Source: Gammaproteobacteria bacterium
Lineage (GTDB): Bacteria > Pseudomonadota > Gammaproteobacteria > Eutrophobiales > Eutrophobiaceae
Direction: 5' to 3'
DNA length: 64,000 nucleotides
Assembly (NCBI GenBank): GCA_965221695.1
Contig: OZ244905.1
Location: 1,088,001-1,152,000 of the forward strand
Part shown: positions 20,350 through 29,385 of the stretch, piece after piece
Numbering within the stretch: position 1 is the stretch's first letter
Layout of the letters: each line of letters starts with the position of its first letter
Translations under genes and position numbers: made by a program
Notes under the pieces: generated by a model
The model's input: only the letters and a program-made list of their open reading frames with translations
What the model was told of the DNA's origin: nothing
Database searches by the model: none

Positions 20350-20769
20350 CTAGCCTACTATGGAAGATAACATGACTTGGATAAGTAGGCCGACACCGGC
20401 GATGATAATGCCGGCAAACAGAAAGCCGCAGCCGACGAACCACTTCAAAAGCCGGGTTTCCATTTGGGCTATATCGGTCTTGGTACTCACTTCCAGTTGT
20501 GCGATACTGACTTCCAGTCTTGCTATATCAGCCTTGGTACTGCTTTCCAGTCTTGCTATATCAGCTTTGGTACTGCCTTCCAGTTGAACGATACTGTTTT
20601 CCAGTCTTGCAAAATCGGCCTTGGTATTGTTTTCCAGTCTCGCTATATCAGCTTTTGTTGCCAGATTTGCCAGCTCGGACATTTGAACCACATCCTCCGA
20701 CGCTTTTACGGCGCTGTCTTCTGTTGCGCCGACTTCGATGAATGCTTTGTAAAGTGCGGTACTGCTCAT
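20350..20769 (-). CDS. CCDC90/DUF1640-like membrane-anchored coiled-coil protein (ATKADI beta-layer repeats)
   Basis: Short head, repeated (A/S)TKADIARLE units, C-terminal TM helix (ETRLLKWFVGCGFLFAGIIIAG). Confidence 0.8.
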   Translation of the reverse strand: MSSTALYKAFIEVGATEDSAVKASEDVVQMSELANLATKADIARLENNTKADFARLENSIVQLEGSTKADIARLESSTKADIARLEVSIAQLEVSTKTDIAQMETRLLKWFVGCGFLFAGIIIAGVGLLIQVMLSSIVG

Positions 20770-20879
20770 GGGGTCACCTCCTTATAAGTTAAGTTGCAGT
20801 TACATTCCTGGTCCGGAAGCTCTGCTACTTCCGCCCATGTTTGCAGCGTATAGTTTACTGCGCAGGTTGTCAAATAGAA

Positions 20880-20965
20880 TGGTGCCGATGGCCGGATTCG
20901 AACCGGCACGCCTTTTGGGCACTGCCCCCTCAAGACAGCGTGTCTACCAATTCCACCACATCGGC
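20880..20965 (-). tRNA. tRNA-Leu (anticodon GAG)
   Basis: Reverse complement GCCGATGTGGTGGAATTGGTAGACACGCTGTCTTGAGGGGGCAGTGCCCAAAAGGCGTGCCGGTTCGAATCCGGCCATCGGCACCA: long variable arm, T-loop GTTCGAATC, CCA end; downstream of secG as usual. Confidence 0.97.
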
Positions 20966-20975
20966 GTTTGTGGGT

Positions 20976-21000
20976 TTAAGGAACCTCTGATTCAGATGTT
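20976..21000. repeat. Family A MITE terminal fragment
   Basis: TTAAGGAACCTCTGATT is identical to the left end of the 49681 element. Confidence 0.6.
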
Positions 21001-21044
21001 GTGCGGCTCTGATCCTGGACACTCAGCGTATAGCATTACCCCAG

Positions 21045-21416
21045 TCATTCCGGAATGACTGGGATATCCGCGTCAATATCGCTTGCGGGTATATCATCCG
21101 GGACTGCTTCAGTCTCCTCAATCAGTACTTCCGTTGCCAGTGGGTCAACCACATTCAACTGCTGCGCCTGCATGCTGCGCTCCTTGGCCATCCAGGCCAG
21201 GGCCAGGCTGTTGAGCAGGAACACGAAGGCCAGCGCGGTCGTGGTTTTGGTCAGGAAGTTGCCGGAGCCTGCGGCGCCGAATACGGTGGCCGACGCGCCG
21301 CTACCGAAGGCCGCGCCGGCATCCGCGCCTTTCCCGTGCTGAATCAGGATGAAGCCGATCAATGCAATTGCGCAGATAACCTGCACTACCAATAAAAGAG
21401 CCTGTAATGTCTCCAT
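21045..21416 (-). CDS. secG: Preprotein translocase subunit SecG
   Basis: ILIQHGKGADAGAAFGSGASATVFGAAGSGNFLTKTT; follows tpiA. Confidence 0.96.
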   Translation of the reverse strand: METLQALLLVVQVICAIALIGFILIQHGKGADAGAAFGSGASATVFGAAGSGNFLTKTTTALAFVFLLNSLALAWMAKERSMQAQQLNVVDPLATEVLIEETEAVPDDIPASDIDADIPVIPE

Positions 21417-21418
21417 GT

Positions 21419-22174
21419 TTACCCCGCTGCCCGGCAAATTGCCAGGAAATCATCAATATTCAAGGATGCGCCGCCGATCAGGCCACCGTCCACGTCCGCC
21501 ATTGCGAACAACCCCGCGGCATTGTCCGCTTTCACGCTGCCGCCGTAGAGGATGCGCAGTTGGTCGGCGATCCGGTCATTATGCCTGGCCACCTGCAGCC
21601 TGATGAAGCTGTGGGCGGCCTGGGCCTGTTCCGGCGTTGCCGTATGACCTGTGCCGATGGCCCAGACCGGCTCATAGGCGATGATCGCGCCGCTGAGCGC
21701 TTCCACGCCTGCAACGGCAATGACCGCATCCAGTTGTTCCGATAACGTCTGTTCGGTCATCTCCGCCTCTCTTTCCTGCAACCGTTCTCCCAGGCACAAT
21801 ACCACCTGCAAGCCGCTCTCCCAGGCGTGGCGGAATTTTCTAGCGACCGTCTCATTGGTCTCGCCAAAGATATGACGCCGCTCCGAATGGCCAATGATAA
21901 CATATCGGCAACCGTAATCCCTCAACATATCTGCCGATATCTCGCCGGTGTATGCGCCGTTTTCGTATTCCGACAGTGTCTGCGCGCCGACACCGATGGC
22001 GCTGTCCGCCAGCAACTCCGCCACCAACGGTAAATGTATAAAAGGCGCACACACCAGGACTTCCACGCCGTTTTCCGGCAGCCCCTGCATGAACCCGTGC
22101 AGCAACGCGTTGACGGATGCGCGGGTGCCGTTCATCTTCCAGTTGGCAGCTACCAGGGGTTGTCTGTCAGTCAT
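21419..22174 (-). CDS. tpiA: Triosephosphate isomerase
   Basis: ANWKMNG, IIGHSERR, IAYEPVWAIGTG, LYGGSVK motifs. Confidence 0.98.
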   Translation of the reverse strand: MTDRQPLVAANWKMNGTRASVNALLHGFMQGLPENGVEVLVCAPFIHLPLVAELLADSAIGVGAQTLSEYENGAYTGEISADMLRDYGCRYVIIGHSERRHIFGETNETVARKFRHAWESGLQVVLCLGERLQEREAEMTEQTLSEQLDAVIAVAGVEALSGAIIAYEPVWAIGTGHTATPEQAQAAHSFIRLQVARHNDRIADQLRILYGGSVKADNAAGLFAMADVDGGLIGGASLNIDDFLAICRAAG

Positions 22175-22938
22175 GGCTTTTTAATTGAGAGGGTGGATTG
22201 CGGTTCGAGCAATGCTTCGACCTGCTGCCCGCTCAATTCCCAGAACTGGCCGGGGCGCTTGTTGCGCGGCAGACTGCAGGAACCGAAGCGTATGCGGATC
22301 AGGCGGCTGACAGTCAGCCCCTGGGATTCCCACAGGCGCCGCACTTCCCGGTTGCGTCCTGCGGTGATGATTACTCGATACCAGCGGTTGCTGCCCTGGC
22401 CTGCGCCGCGGGAGATCGCGTTGAAGCGACCTGTCCCGCCGTCTAACACAACGCCTTTTTTTAACGTCCGGAGCTGTTCATCCGTGGCGCGGCCCAATAC
22501 CCGCACCGCATACTCGCGCTCAACCTGGTTGCGAGGGTGCATGAGCCGATTAGCCAGCGCGCCGTCATCGGTAAACAGCAACAGTCCACAGGTGTTGATG
22601 TCCAGGCGGCCGATACTGATCCAGCGCCCGCGCGACAATTTCGGCAGGCCGGCAAACACTGTCCGGCGCCCCTGCGGATCTGTCGTGGCGCTGATTTCAC
22701 CCTGGGGCTTGTAGTAGGCCAGCACCCTTGGCCTTGATCCGGTTGCGCCCGGTTTTATCGGGCGCAAGTCGATACGGCGCCGGTCGATACTCACCCGGTC
22801 GTGCGGCTTGAGCCGGTCGCCCGGTTGCGCGACCTTGTCGTTGACGCGTACCCGGCCTGCCTTGATCAAGCTGTCCAGATGCCGGCGCGAGCCCAGCCCT
22901 GCGGCCGCAAGGGCTTTTTGAATACGCTCAGCTTCCAC
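22171..22938 (-). CDS. rluB: 23S rRNA pseudouridine synthase B (RsuA family)
   Basis: S4 domain ERIQKALAAAGLGSRR, catalytic GRLDINT, GRNREVRRLWE; follows scpB. Confidence 0.92.
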   Translation of the reverse strand: MEAERIQKALAAAGLGSRRHLDSLIKAGRVRVNDKVAQPGDRLKPHDRVSIDRRRIDLRPIKPGATGSRPRVLAYYKPQGEISATTDPQGRRTVFAGLPKLSRGRWISIGRLDINTCGLLLFTDDGALANRLMHPRNQVEREYAVRVLGRATDEQLRTLKKGVVLDGGTGRFNAISRGAGQGSNRWYRVIITAGRNREVRRLWESQGLTVSRLIRIRFGSCSLPRNKRPGQFWELSGQQVEALLEPQSTLSIKKP

Positions 22939-23608
22939 CGGGCTGACCGGAAAATGGAATCACGTTATCGTCCCCGAAGACGCCGTCGGGTACACCGCCG
23001 TTTGCATCCTGGCCGGCAGGCTGCATCGCTGCGTCCGCAACCTGCCCGGCGCTGTCGAACAGGTCGGGTTCTATCTGGCTGATATCCCTGATCTCGCCCA
23101 GGGAAGGCAGTTCGGCCAGTTCTTTCAGGTTGAAATAGTCCAGGAACTGGTGAGTGGTCGCGAGCAACTCCGGGTGGCCCGGCACGTCCCGGTGACCCAC
23201 AACCTTTATCCATTCACGTTCAAACAGCGTGCGGATAATGCCGCTGCTGAGGCTGACGCCGCGGACCTCTTCGATCTCGCCCCGGGTAACGGGTTGCCGG
23301 TAGGCGATAATCGCCAGGGTTTCCAGCAGCGCCTGGGAGTAGCGCTGTGGCCGCTCTCGGAACAGCCGGTTGATGCGGCCGGCCAGTTCCGGGCGGACTT
23401 GTATGCGGAACCCGCTGGCCACCTCCTTCAGCTCCACACCGCGCTCGGCGTAGTCCTGCCGCAGTTCGTCCAGCGCCTTCCTGACAGCCCTGCGATCAGG
23501 TTTGTCCGGGTCGTCTTCGAACATGGACGCCAGGTCGGCAACACTCAGGGGGCTGTTCAGCGCAAGCAGCGCAGCCTCGACAGTCTTCTTGATCTCAACC
23601 GGGTTCAT
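22928..23608 (-). CDS. scpB: SMC-Scp complex subunit ScpB
   Basis: LLETLAIIAYRQPVTRGEIEEVRGV ... FLDYFNLKELAELP. Confidence 0.96.
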   Translation of the reverse strand: MNPVEIKKTVEAALLALNSPLSVADLASMFEDDPDKPDRRAVRKALDELRQDYAERGVELKEVASGFRIQVRPELAGRINRLFRERPQRYSQALLETLAIIAYRQPVTRGEIEEVRGVSLSSGIIRTLFEREWIKVVGHRDVPGHPELLATTHQFLDYFNLKELAELPSLGEIRDISQIEPDLFDSAGQVADAAMQPAGQDANGGVPDGVFGDDNVIPFSGQPGGS

Positions 23609-24408
23609 GCGACTGATTTGACGTAAATGGGACCATTGGTTTCATTCTGCACGATTTCGACCAGGGTTTCCTTCGCCAGTTCAAGCAATGCGAGGAACAC
23701 CACGATAACGCCTGCCCTGCCTTCTTCCACGACGAACAACTCACTGAAATGCGTAAACTCGTCGGCGCTGATGCGGTCGAGTATCGACACCATGCGTTCC
23801 CGGACGGACAGGGGTTCGCGTTGAATATGGTGATGTGAATAGACCTCGGCGCGCCGCAATACCTCGCCAAAAGACTGCAGGATCGTATCCAGCGACACCT
23901 CGGGCGGTCTGGCCCGAACATGTTTATCCGGGAAATCGATGATCGCGGCAATGCAGTCGCGGCCAAGCCGGGGCAGGTCATCGAGGTCCTGCGCCGCTTG
24001 TTTGAAGATTTCGTACTCTTGCAAACGGCGCACCAGTTCCGCGCGCGGGTCTTCCTCATCCTCCCCCTGCTCCGGCCGTGGCAGCAACATTCTGGATTTT
24101 ATCTCTGCCAGCATGGCCGCCATGACCAGGTACTCGCCGGCCAGTTCAAGCTGCAACACCTCCATTAATTCAATGTAGCTCATGTATTGCTCGGTAACCC
24201 TGGCAATGGGAATGTCAAGAATGTCCAGATTCTGGCGCTTGATCAGGTACAACAGCAGGTCAAGAGGGCCGGTAAACGCTTCAAGGAACACCTCCAACGC
24301 CTCGGGAGGAATATACAAGTCCTTGGGCAACTCGCTTAAGGGAACGCCCTGCACGATGGCAAAAGGCATTTCCTCCTGCAGGAGGCTGCCCTGAGGCATA
24401 TCAACCAT
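23605..24408 (-). CDS. scpA: Segregation and condensation protein A
   Basis: DLYIPPEALEVFLEAFTGPLDLLLYLIK, AGEYLVMAAMLAEIKSRMLLP. Confidence 0.96.
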   Translation of the reverse strand: MVDMPQGSLLQEEMPFAIVQGVPLSELPKDLYIPPEALEVFLEAFTGPLDLLLYLIKRQNLDILDIPIARVTEQYMSYIELMEVLQLELAGEYLVMAAMLAEIKSRMLLPRPEQGEDEEDPRAELVRRLQEYEIFKQAAQDLDDLPRLGRDCIAAIIDFPDKHVRARPPEVSLDTILQSFGEVLRRAEVYSHHHIQREPLSVRERMVSILDRISADEFTHFSELFVVEEGRAGVIVVFLALLELAKETLVEIVQNETNGPIYVKSVA

Positions 24409-25618
24409 AATCCAGCCCCATGGCCTCGCGCACTTCAATCAGGGTCTCCCGTGCAATATCCCTCGCCGTCTCACAGCCTTCGTTGATGATGGCGCGCACT
24501 GTATCCGGATCATTGACGTATTCGTCAGCCCGTTCCCTGATTTCTGCCTGTTCCTTGACAATGGCATCTGTCAGAGGTTCTTTACAATCCAGGCATCCTA
24601 TACCAGCGCTACGGCAGCCTTCCTGTACCCAGTTCCTGATGTCTTCGCCTGAATAGACCTTGTGCAGGTCCCACACGGGGCATTTCTCCGGGTCACCCGG
24701 GTCATTGCGCCTGATGCGAGCCGGGTCGGTAGGCATAGTCCGCACCTTGTCTGCCACACTGTCGGGATTTTCCCGCAAGGAAATGGTGTTGTTATAGGAC
24801 TTGGACATTTTCTGCCCGTCCGTGCCAGGCATTTTCGGCGAGGTGGTCAGCAGCGCCTGAGGCTCGGGAAAGATCATCTTGCCGCCGCCTTCCAGGTAGC
24901 CGACCAGACGTTCGCGATCGCTGATGCTGATATTCTGTTGTGTTTCCACCAGCGCCCTGGCTTTTTCCAGCGCGGTCACGTTGCCCTGCTCCTGGTACTT
25001 CCTCAACAGTTCGTAGTACAGCTTATTGTTCCTTTTCCCCATCTTTTTAGCGGCTTTCTCTGCCTTTTGTTCAAACCCCGGGTCGCGCCCGTACAGGAAA
25101 TTAAACCGCCGGGCCACCTCGCGCGCCATTTCCACATGGGCAACCTGATCCTCGCCCACCGGCACGAAACTGGCTTTGAAAATGATGATGTCGGCAGTCT
25201 GCAACAGCGGATAACCCAGGAAACCATAGGTGGTCAAGTCCTTGTCGCGCAGGCGTTCCTGCTGCTCCTTGTAGGAGGGGACACGCTCCAGCCAACTTTG
25301 CGGGGTGATCATCGATAACAACAGGTGCAACTCCGCGTGTTCGGGAACGCGTGATTGAATATAGAGTTTCGCTGAGCCGGGATTGATACCTACCGCCAGC
25401 CAGTCGACGACCATCTCCCAGACATTTCTGTTGATGGTCCCGGGCGTTTCATAATCCGTGGTCAGCGCATGCCAGTCAACAACACTGAAAAAGCATTCGT
25501 ATTCGTTCTGCAGCCTGACCCAGTTTTTCAATACGCCGTGGTAGTGGCCCAAATGCAGGGCGCCGGTCGGCCTCATGCCAGACATCACTCGCTGTTTAGT
25601 GGAAATTGCCAATATCAC
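24401..25618 (-). CDS. trpS: Tryptophanyl-tRNA synthetase
   Basis: SGMRPTGALHLGH (HIGH), VPVGEDQ, KMSKS. Confidence 0.97.
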   Translation of the reverse strand: MILAISTKQRVMSGMRPTGALHLGHYHGVLKNWVRLQNEYECFFSVVDWHALTTDYETPGTINRNVWEMVVDWLAVGINPGSAKLYIQSRVPEHAELHLLLSMITPQSWLERVPSYKEQQERLRDKDLTTYGFLGYPLLQTADIIIFKASFVPVGEDQVAHVEMAREVARRFNFLYGRDPGFEQKAEKAAKKMGKRNNKLYYELLRKYQEQGNVTALEKARALVETQQNISISDRERLVGYLEGGGKMIFPEPQALLTTSPKMPGTDGQKMSKSYNNTISLRENPDSVADKVRTMPTDPARIRRNDPGDPEKCPVWDLHKVYSGEDIRNWVQEGCRSAGIGCLDCKEPLTDAIVKEQAEIRERADEYVNDPDTVRAIINEGCETARDIARETLIEVREAMGLDYG

Positions 25619-25631
25619 CCTCTCTTGTACG

Positions 25632-25702
25632 TAATCAATCTGCAGATTATCGCAGATTATTATTTTTAAGGAAGCTCTGAGACTTAATCAGAGGTTCGTT
25701 AA
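25632..25702. repeat. Family C fragment (ATCTGCAGATTATCGCAGATT) abutting a minimal family A MITE (TTAA-GGAAGCTCTGA..TCAGAGGTTCG-TTAA, 25666-25702)
   Basis: Similarity to the elements at 39885 and 49681; TTAA on both sides of the family A core. Confidence 0.6.
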
Positions 25703-25728
25703 TACGATAGTAGACGGTTGTCCTGGTA

Positions 25729-26352
25729 TCAAACCGAAATATCCCGCACATCCCCACGCCCTTCGCGCAGGATATTAATCGGCTCGGAAGTCAGGTCTAT
25801 GACCGAGGTCAAGTCAGCTCCGCTGGGGCCTGCGTCTATCACCAGGTCGATCTCCTGGCCTAGCCTGGCGCAGATTTCTTCCGGGTCAGTCTCCGGCGCG
25901 GCGCTGTGCGGCAGAATCAGACTGGTACTCAATAGCGGTTCACCGAGCAGTTCAAGCAACGCCAATAACGTGGCGTGCGACGGAATTCGAAATCCTATCG
26001 TCTTTTTTTTAGGGTGTTGCAGATAACGCGGCACATCGCGCGAGGCCCGTAACAAAAATGTGTAAGGACCAGGCGTCAAACGCTTGATCAACCGGAATGC
26101 AGTATTGTCTGCCCTTGCCAGAGAGCCCATGACTGTCATTGATGAACACAATAATGTGAAATTGTGTTTCTGGGTCAACCGGCGGATGGTTAGTATTTTT
26201 GCAAACGCGCTTTTCCTGTGCGGGAGACAACCCAGGGCATAACAGGAGTCGGTGGGATAGGCGATCACCCCGCCCTGTTGCAGGATCAGCACAGCCTGGT
26301 TCAACAATCGCACTTGTGGATTGTCCGGGTGGATTTTAAAATACTGCGCCAT
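25729..26352 (-). CDS. yciO: YciO/Sua5/YrdC family protein
   Basis: MAQYFKIHPDNPQ, VIAYPTDSCYALGC, LTPGPYTF. Confidence 0.9.
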   Translation of the reverse strand: MAQYFKIHPDNPQVRLLNQAVLILQQGGVIAYPTDSCYALGCLPHRKSAFAKILTIRRLTQKHNFTLLCSSMTVMGSLARADNTAFRLIKRLTPGPYTFLLRASRDVPRYLQHPKKKTIGFRIPSHATLLALLELLGEPLLSTSLILPHSAAPETDPEEICARLGQEIDLVIDAGPSGADLTSVIDLTSEPINILREGRGDVRDISV

Positions 26353-26386
26353 ATCCCGACTATGATATTACTTCTGATGAGGCAAC

Positions 26387-26950
26387 ATGAAATTTTTCCT
26401 GGATTTTTTACCCGGCCTGGTGTTTTTGGTCGCGCTGTTTATCCCTGAAGATCGGCAACAGGGCATCTACCTGGCGACCAAAGCCCTGATAGTGGCATCG
26501 TTCCTGCAGATTTTACTGGGCTGGCTCATTACCAAAAAGATAGAAAAACAATATGTCGTCATTTTCCTGGTGGTGCTGGTACTGGGTGTCGCAACCCTGC
26601 TACTGAGAGATGAGCGGTTTATCAAGTGGAAACCGACTGTTGTTTTCTGGCTTTTCTCACTTGCGTTCCTGGCCAGCGATTACATTGGCAAACGCAGCCT
26701 GACGCAACGCCTGATGGGACAGGTGTTCAATGCGCCGCAAACTGTCTGGCGCCAGGCCAATTTATCCTTTGTCGGCTTTTTCCTGTTGTGCGGCGTAATC
26801 AATTTAGTTGTTGCTTACTATTTCAGCACCGAAAACTGGGCCATATTCAAACTGTTCGGTTTCCTGTTGCTGAATATCATTTACCTGGTCGGACTGGTCA
26901 TGTTCCTGTCGCGTTACGCAGTTATACAGCCGCAGAACGAAAAAAAGTGA
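26387..26950 (+). CDS. yciB: Inner membrane septation protein A (IspZ/YciB)
   Basis: MKFFLDFLP, IYLAT, DERFIKWKPT, WAIFKLFG. Confidence 0.93.
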   Translation: MKFFLDFLPGLVFLVALFIPEDRQQGIYLATKALIVASFLQILLGWLITKKIEKQYVVIFLVVLVLGVATLLLRDERFIKWKPTVVFWLFSLAFLASDYIGKRSLTQRLMGQVFNAPQTVWRQANLSFVGFFLLCGVINLVVAYYFSTENWAIFKLFGFLLLNIIYLVGLVMFLSRYAVIQPQNEKK

Positions 26951-26951
26951 T

Positions 26952-27239
26952 ATGGACAGGGTAACGGCCATCAGAGAGAAACTGCTACAGGCGCTGCAGC
27001 CCGAGCGCCTGGAGATTACCGATGACTCCCACCTGCATGCCGGCCATGCCGGCGCTGCGGGCGGCGCCGGCCACTATTCCGTGCATATCGTCAGTTCCCG
27101 TTTCCAGGGGCGAACCACACTTGAACGGCACCGCCTGGTGTACCAGGCGCTGAGCGACATGATGCCGGGGGAAATCCACGCGTTAAGCATCAGGGCGCAA
27201 CCGCCTGAACAGGCAAAACCAGAGGAGCGCCAGACATAA
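26952..27239 (+). CDS. bolA: BolA family protein
   Basis: DDSHLHAGH, GHYSVHIVSSRFQG, RHRLVYQAL, IHALSI. Confidence 0.93.
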   Translation: MDRVTAIREKLLQALQPERLEITDDSHLHAGHAGAAGGAGHYSVHIVSSRFQGRTTLERHRLVYQALSDMMPGEIHALSIRAQPPEQAKPEERQT

Positions 27240-28045
27240 GACCATTTTTGAAGTGGCCGGGCGGGAAATACCGGTTGCTTGACAGAATTTGCAGTGTGCT
27301 GCGACCGGGAAACCGATTGATAGAACCGTTTGTCGGGTCGGGCGCGGTGTTTCTGAACACCGACTACCATTCATACCTGTTGGCCGATGCCAACCCGGAC
27401 CTGATTGCCCTGTACGGCCAGCTTCTTGAAGAAGGAACCGGCTTTATCAGGTATTGCCAAAGTTTCTTTAACGGCAGGCGCAATAACCGTGATTACTACT
27501 ATGCCTATCGTGATGAATTCAATAAAACCCGAAATACCCGCAGGAAGTCGGCGCTGTTCCTCTATCTGAACAGGCATGGGTACAATGGTTTGTGCCGCTA
27601 CAACGGCAAAGGCATGTTCAATACACCGTTCGGCCGCTATGACAGACCTTACTTCCCGGAAGAAGAAATGCTCGCGTTTGTTCGGCGCGCCGGCAGAGTC
27701 AGCTTGCAGCATGATGCATTCGATGTGTCCATGTTGAGCGCGCAACCGGGCGATATCGTGTATTGCGACCCGCCCTATGTGCCCTTGTCGGACACCGCGC
27801 ACTTTACCGACTTCCATGCGGGTGGCTTCACCTGGGACGACCATGTGCGGCTCGCGGACATCGCCGTCGAGCTGGCGAGCCGGCGGGTACAAGTCGTCAT
27901 TTCAAACCACGACATCAGCGAAACACGAAATCTGTATACCAGCCGGGGGGCGCGGCTTTCCCGCTTCAAGGTCAGGAGACATATCAGTCGCGACGGCAAT
28001 AACAGGAAGGAGGTCTCTGAGTTGCTTGCGGAATTTACTCTTTAG
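27236..28045 (+). CDS. dam: Dam-type DNA adenine methyltransferase (D12 class); probable ATA start at 27236, next option TTG 27248
   Basis: (I)RPFLKWPGGKY, LIEPFVGSGAVF, FLYLNRHGYNGLCRYN, VYCDPPY. Confidence 0.92.
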   Translation: MRPFLKWPGGKYRLLDRICSVLRPGNRLIEPFVGSGAVFLNTDYHSYLLADANPDLIALYGQLLEEGTGFIRYCQSFFNGRRNNRDYYYAYRDEFNKTRNTRRKSALFLYLNRHGYNGLCRYNGKGMFNTPFGRYDRPYFPEEEMLAFVRRAGRVSLQHDAFDVSMLSAQPGDIVYCDPPYVPLSDTAHFTDFHAGGFTWDDHVRLADIAVELASRRVQVVISNHDISETRNLYTSRGARLSRFKVRRHISRDGNNRKEVSELLAEFTL

Positions 28046-28080
28046 CGTCGCCAAAATCTGCCCCCGGGATCGCAGGCTTT

Positions 28081-29286
28081 CTACTCTATTTCTGCGCCTG
28101 TTTTATACCACTGATCCACGAGTTGGCGTTCCTCGGGAGTCATCCCTGTCAGGTTTGCCAGCGGCATGGTCTTATTGCTGACAGTCCTGTCATGGATGCG
28201 TTGCGCCCATTGGCTGATCTGCTCCGGGGTGTCGAACATGACACCATTGGGCGCGACCGGCGCCGTGGAATGGTCCGGTTCGGCCGAATGGCAGCTATTG
28301 CAGCGCTGTTCGATCACTTGCCTCAGCTCTTGAAATGAAACGGATTGCATGGGTTGTGTTGCCGTGTGCGGTTCCGGGATGGCGCTGGACTTCGGGGCCG
28401 CGGCAAGCGCAGCCAGGACAAGAATAATAAGCGCGATGACAAGCGGCAATAGCGAGGTCTTGCCCTGGTTACGCAGGTTGAAGAAATGGCGGATCAAGCC
28501 CCCAGCGCCGGCGATGGCGATGAGCAGCAGCCAGCCGTGTTCGTGCCCGTAGGTCATCGGGTAGTGAGGGCTGAGCATAACAAACAGTACCGGCAGGGTA
28601 AGGTAATTGTTATGCATCGAACGCTGTTTTGCCCTGATTCCCGGCAGCGGGTCCGGCTGCTCGCCACGCTGCTTGGCTTGCACAAGCTCACGCTGAGCCG
28701 GGATGATGACCAGGAACACGTTGGCCACCATGATCGTGCCCAGCATCGCGCCGATCTGTATGTAGGCGCCGCGCCCGCTGAACAGGTCTGACACCAGATA
28801 GACCGCAGCAACCAGCAAGGTAAAGCCTACCAGTCCCACCAGTACATCGCTCAGGCCGGTCCTGCACAACAGGTCGTAGAAGACCCAGGCCGCCGCGATC
28901 AGGCCGATACTGGCGGCGACGGCCATGCCAGGTGTGATATCAGCCACCGTTTTGTCGATAAGATAGACATCGGCGTTGACGTAATACATCAACACGAGCA
29001 GGGCAAACCCGGTCAGCCAGGTACTATAGGCCTCCCATTTGAACCAGTGCAGCGGCGCCGGCAGCTCGTCCGGCGCGACCTTGTACTTTTGCGCGTGGTA
29101 AAATCCGCCGCCGTGCACTGCCCACAAGTCGCCGGCTACCTCTTTGTCTTCCGGGTCCCGGGGCGGCACATTGAGATTCAGATCAAGCCAGACGAAATAA
29201 AACGAGGAACCGATCCAGGCGATACCGACCACCAGGTGCGCCCAGCGCAGCAGCAGGTTCAGCCATTCCAGAATGTATGCTTCCAT
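28081..29286 (-). CDS. puuD: Urate hydroxylase PuuD (membrane protein with C-terminal cytochrome c)
   Basis: LLLRWAHLVVGIAWIGSSFYF, LHWFKWEAYSTW, RSMHNNYLTLPV, CxxCH (RCNSCHS); in the purine cluster. Confidence 0.93.
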   Translation of the reverse strand: MEAYILEWLNLLLRWAHLVVGIAWIGSSFYFVWLDLNLNVPPRDPEDKEVAGDLWAVHGGGFYHAQKYKVAPDELPAPLHWFKWEAYSTWLTGFALLVLMYYVNADVYLIDKTVADITPGMAVAASIGLIAAAWVFYDLLCRTGLSDVLVGLVGFTLLVAAVYLVSDLFSGRGAYIQIGAMLGTIMVANVFLVIIPAQRELVQAKQRGEQPDPLPGIRAKQRSMHNNYLTLPVLFVMLSPHYPMTYGHEHGWLLLIAIAGAGGLIRHFFNLRNQGKTSLLPLVIALIILVLAALAAAPKSSAIPEPHTATQPMQSVSFQELRQVIEQRCNSCHSAEPDHSTAPVAPNGVMFDTPEQISQWAQRIHDRTVSNKTMPLANLTGMTPEERQLVDQWYKTGAEIE

Positions 29287-29304
29287 TTAATTGCGCACTA
29301 TATA

Positions 29305-29385
29305 CCATTCCCATGTATACGGGAATCCAGTGGGATAATGGGTCGCCCTGCAGGCGACACAATATTTTACTGGACTCACGCTTTT
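29305..29385 (+). repeat. Family B REPIN-like element
   Basis: CCATTCCC..GGGAATCCAGTG..GTCGCCCTGCAGGCGAC..ACTGGACTC, as in five other copies. Confidence 0.8.

Noticed and set aside
20780-20965. Integrative element or prophage at tRNA-Leu
   Set aside because: No integrase, phage genes or duplicated tRNA 3' end in the window.
24860-25095. About 70-aa insertion in TrpRS
   Set aside because: A known feature of many beta- and gammaproteobacterial TrpRS proteins; no intein or intron signals.
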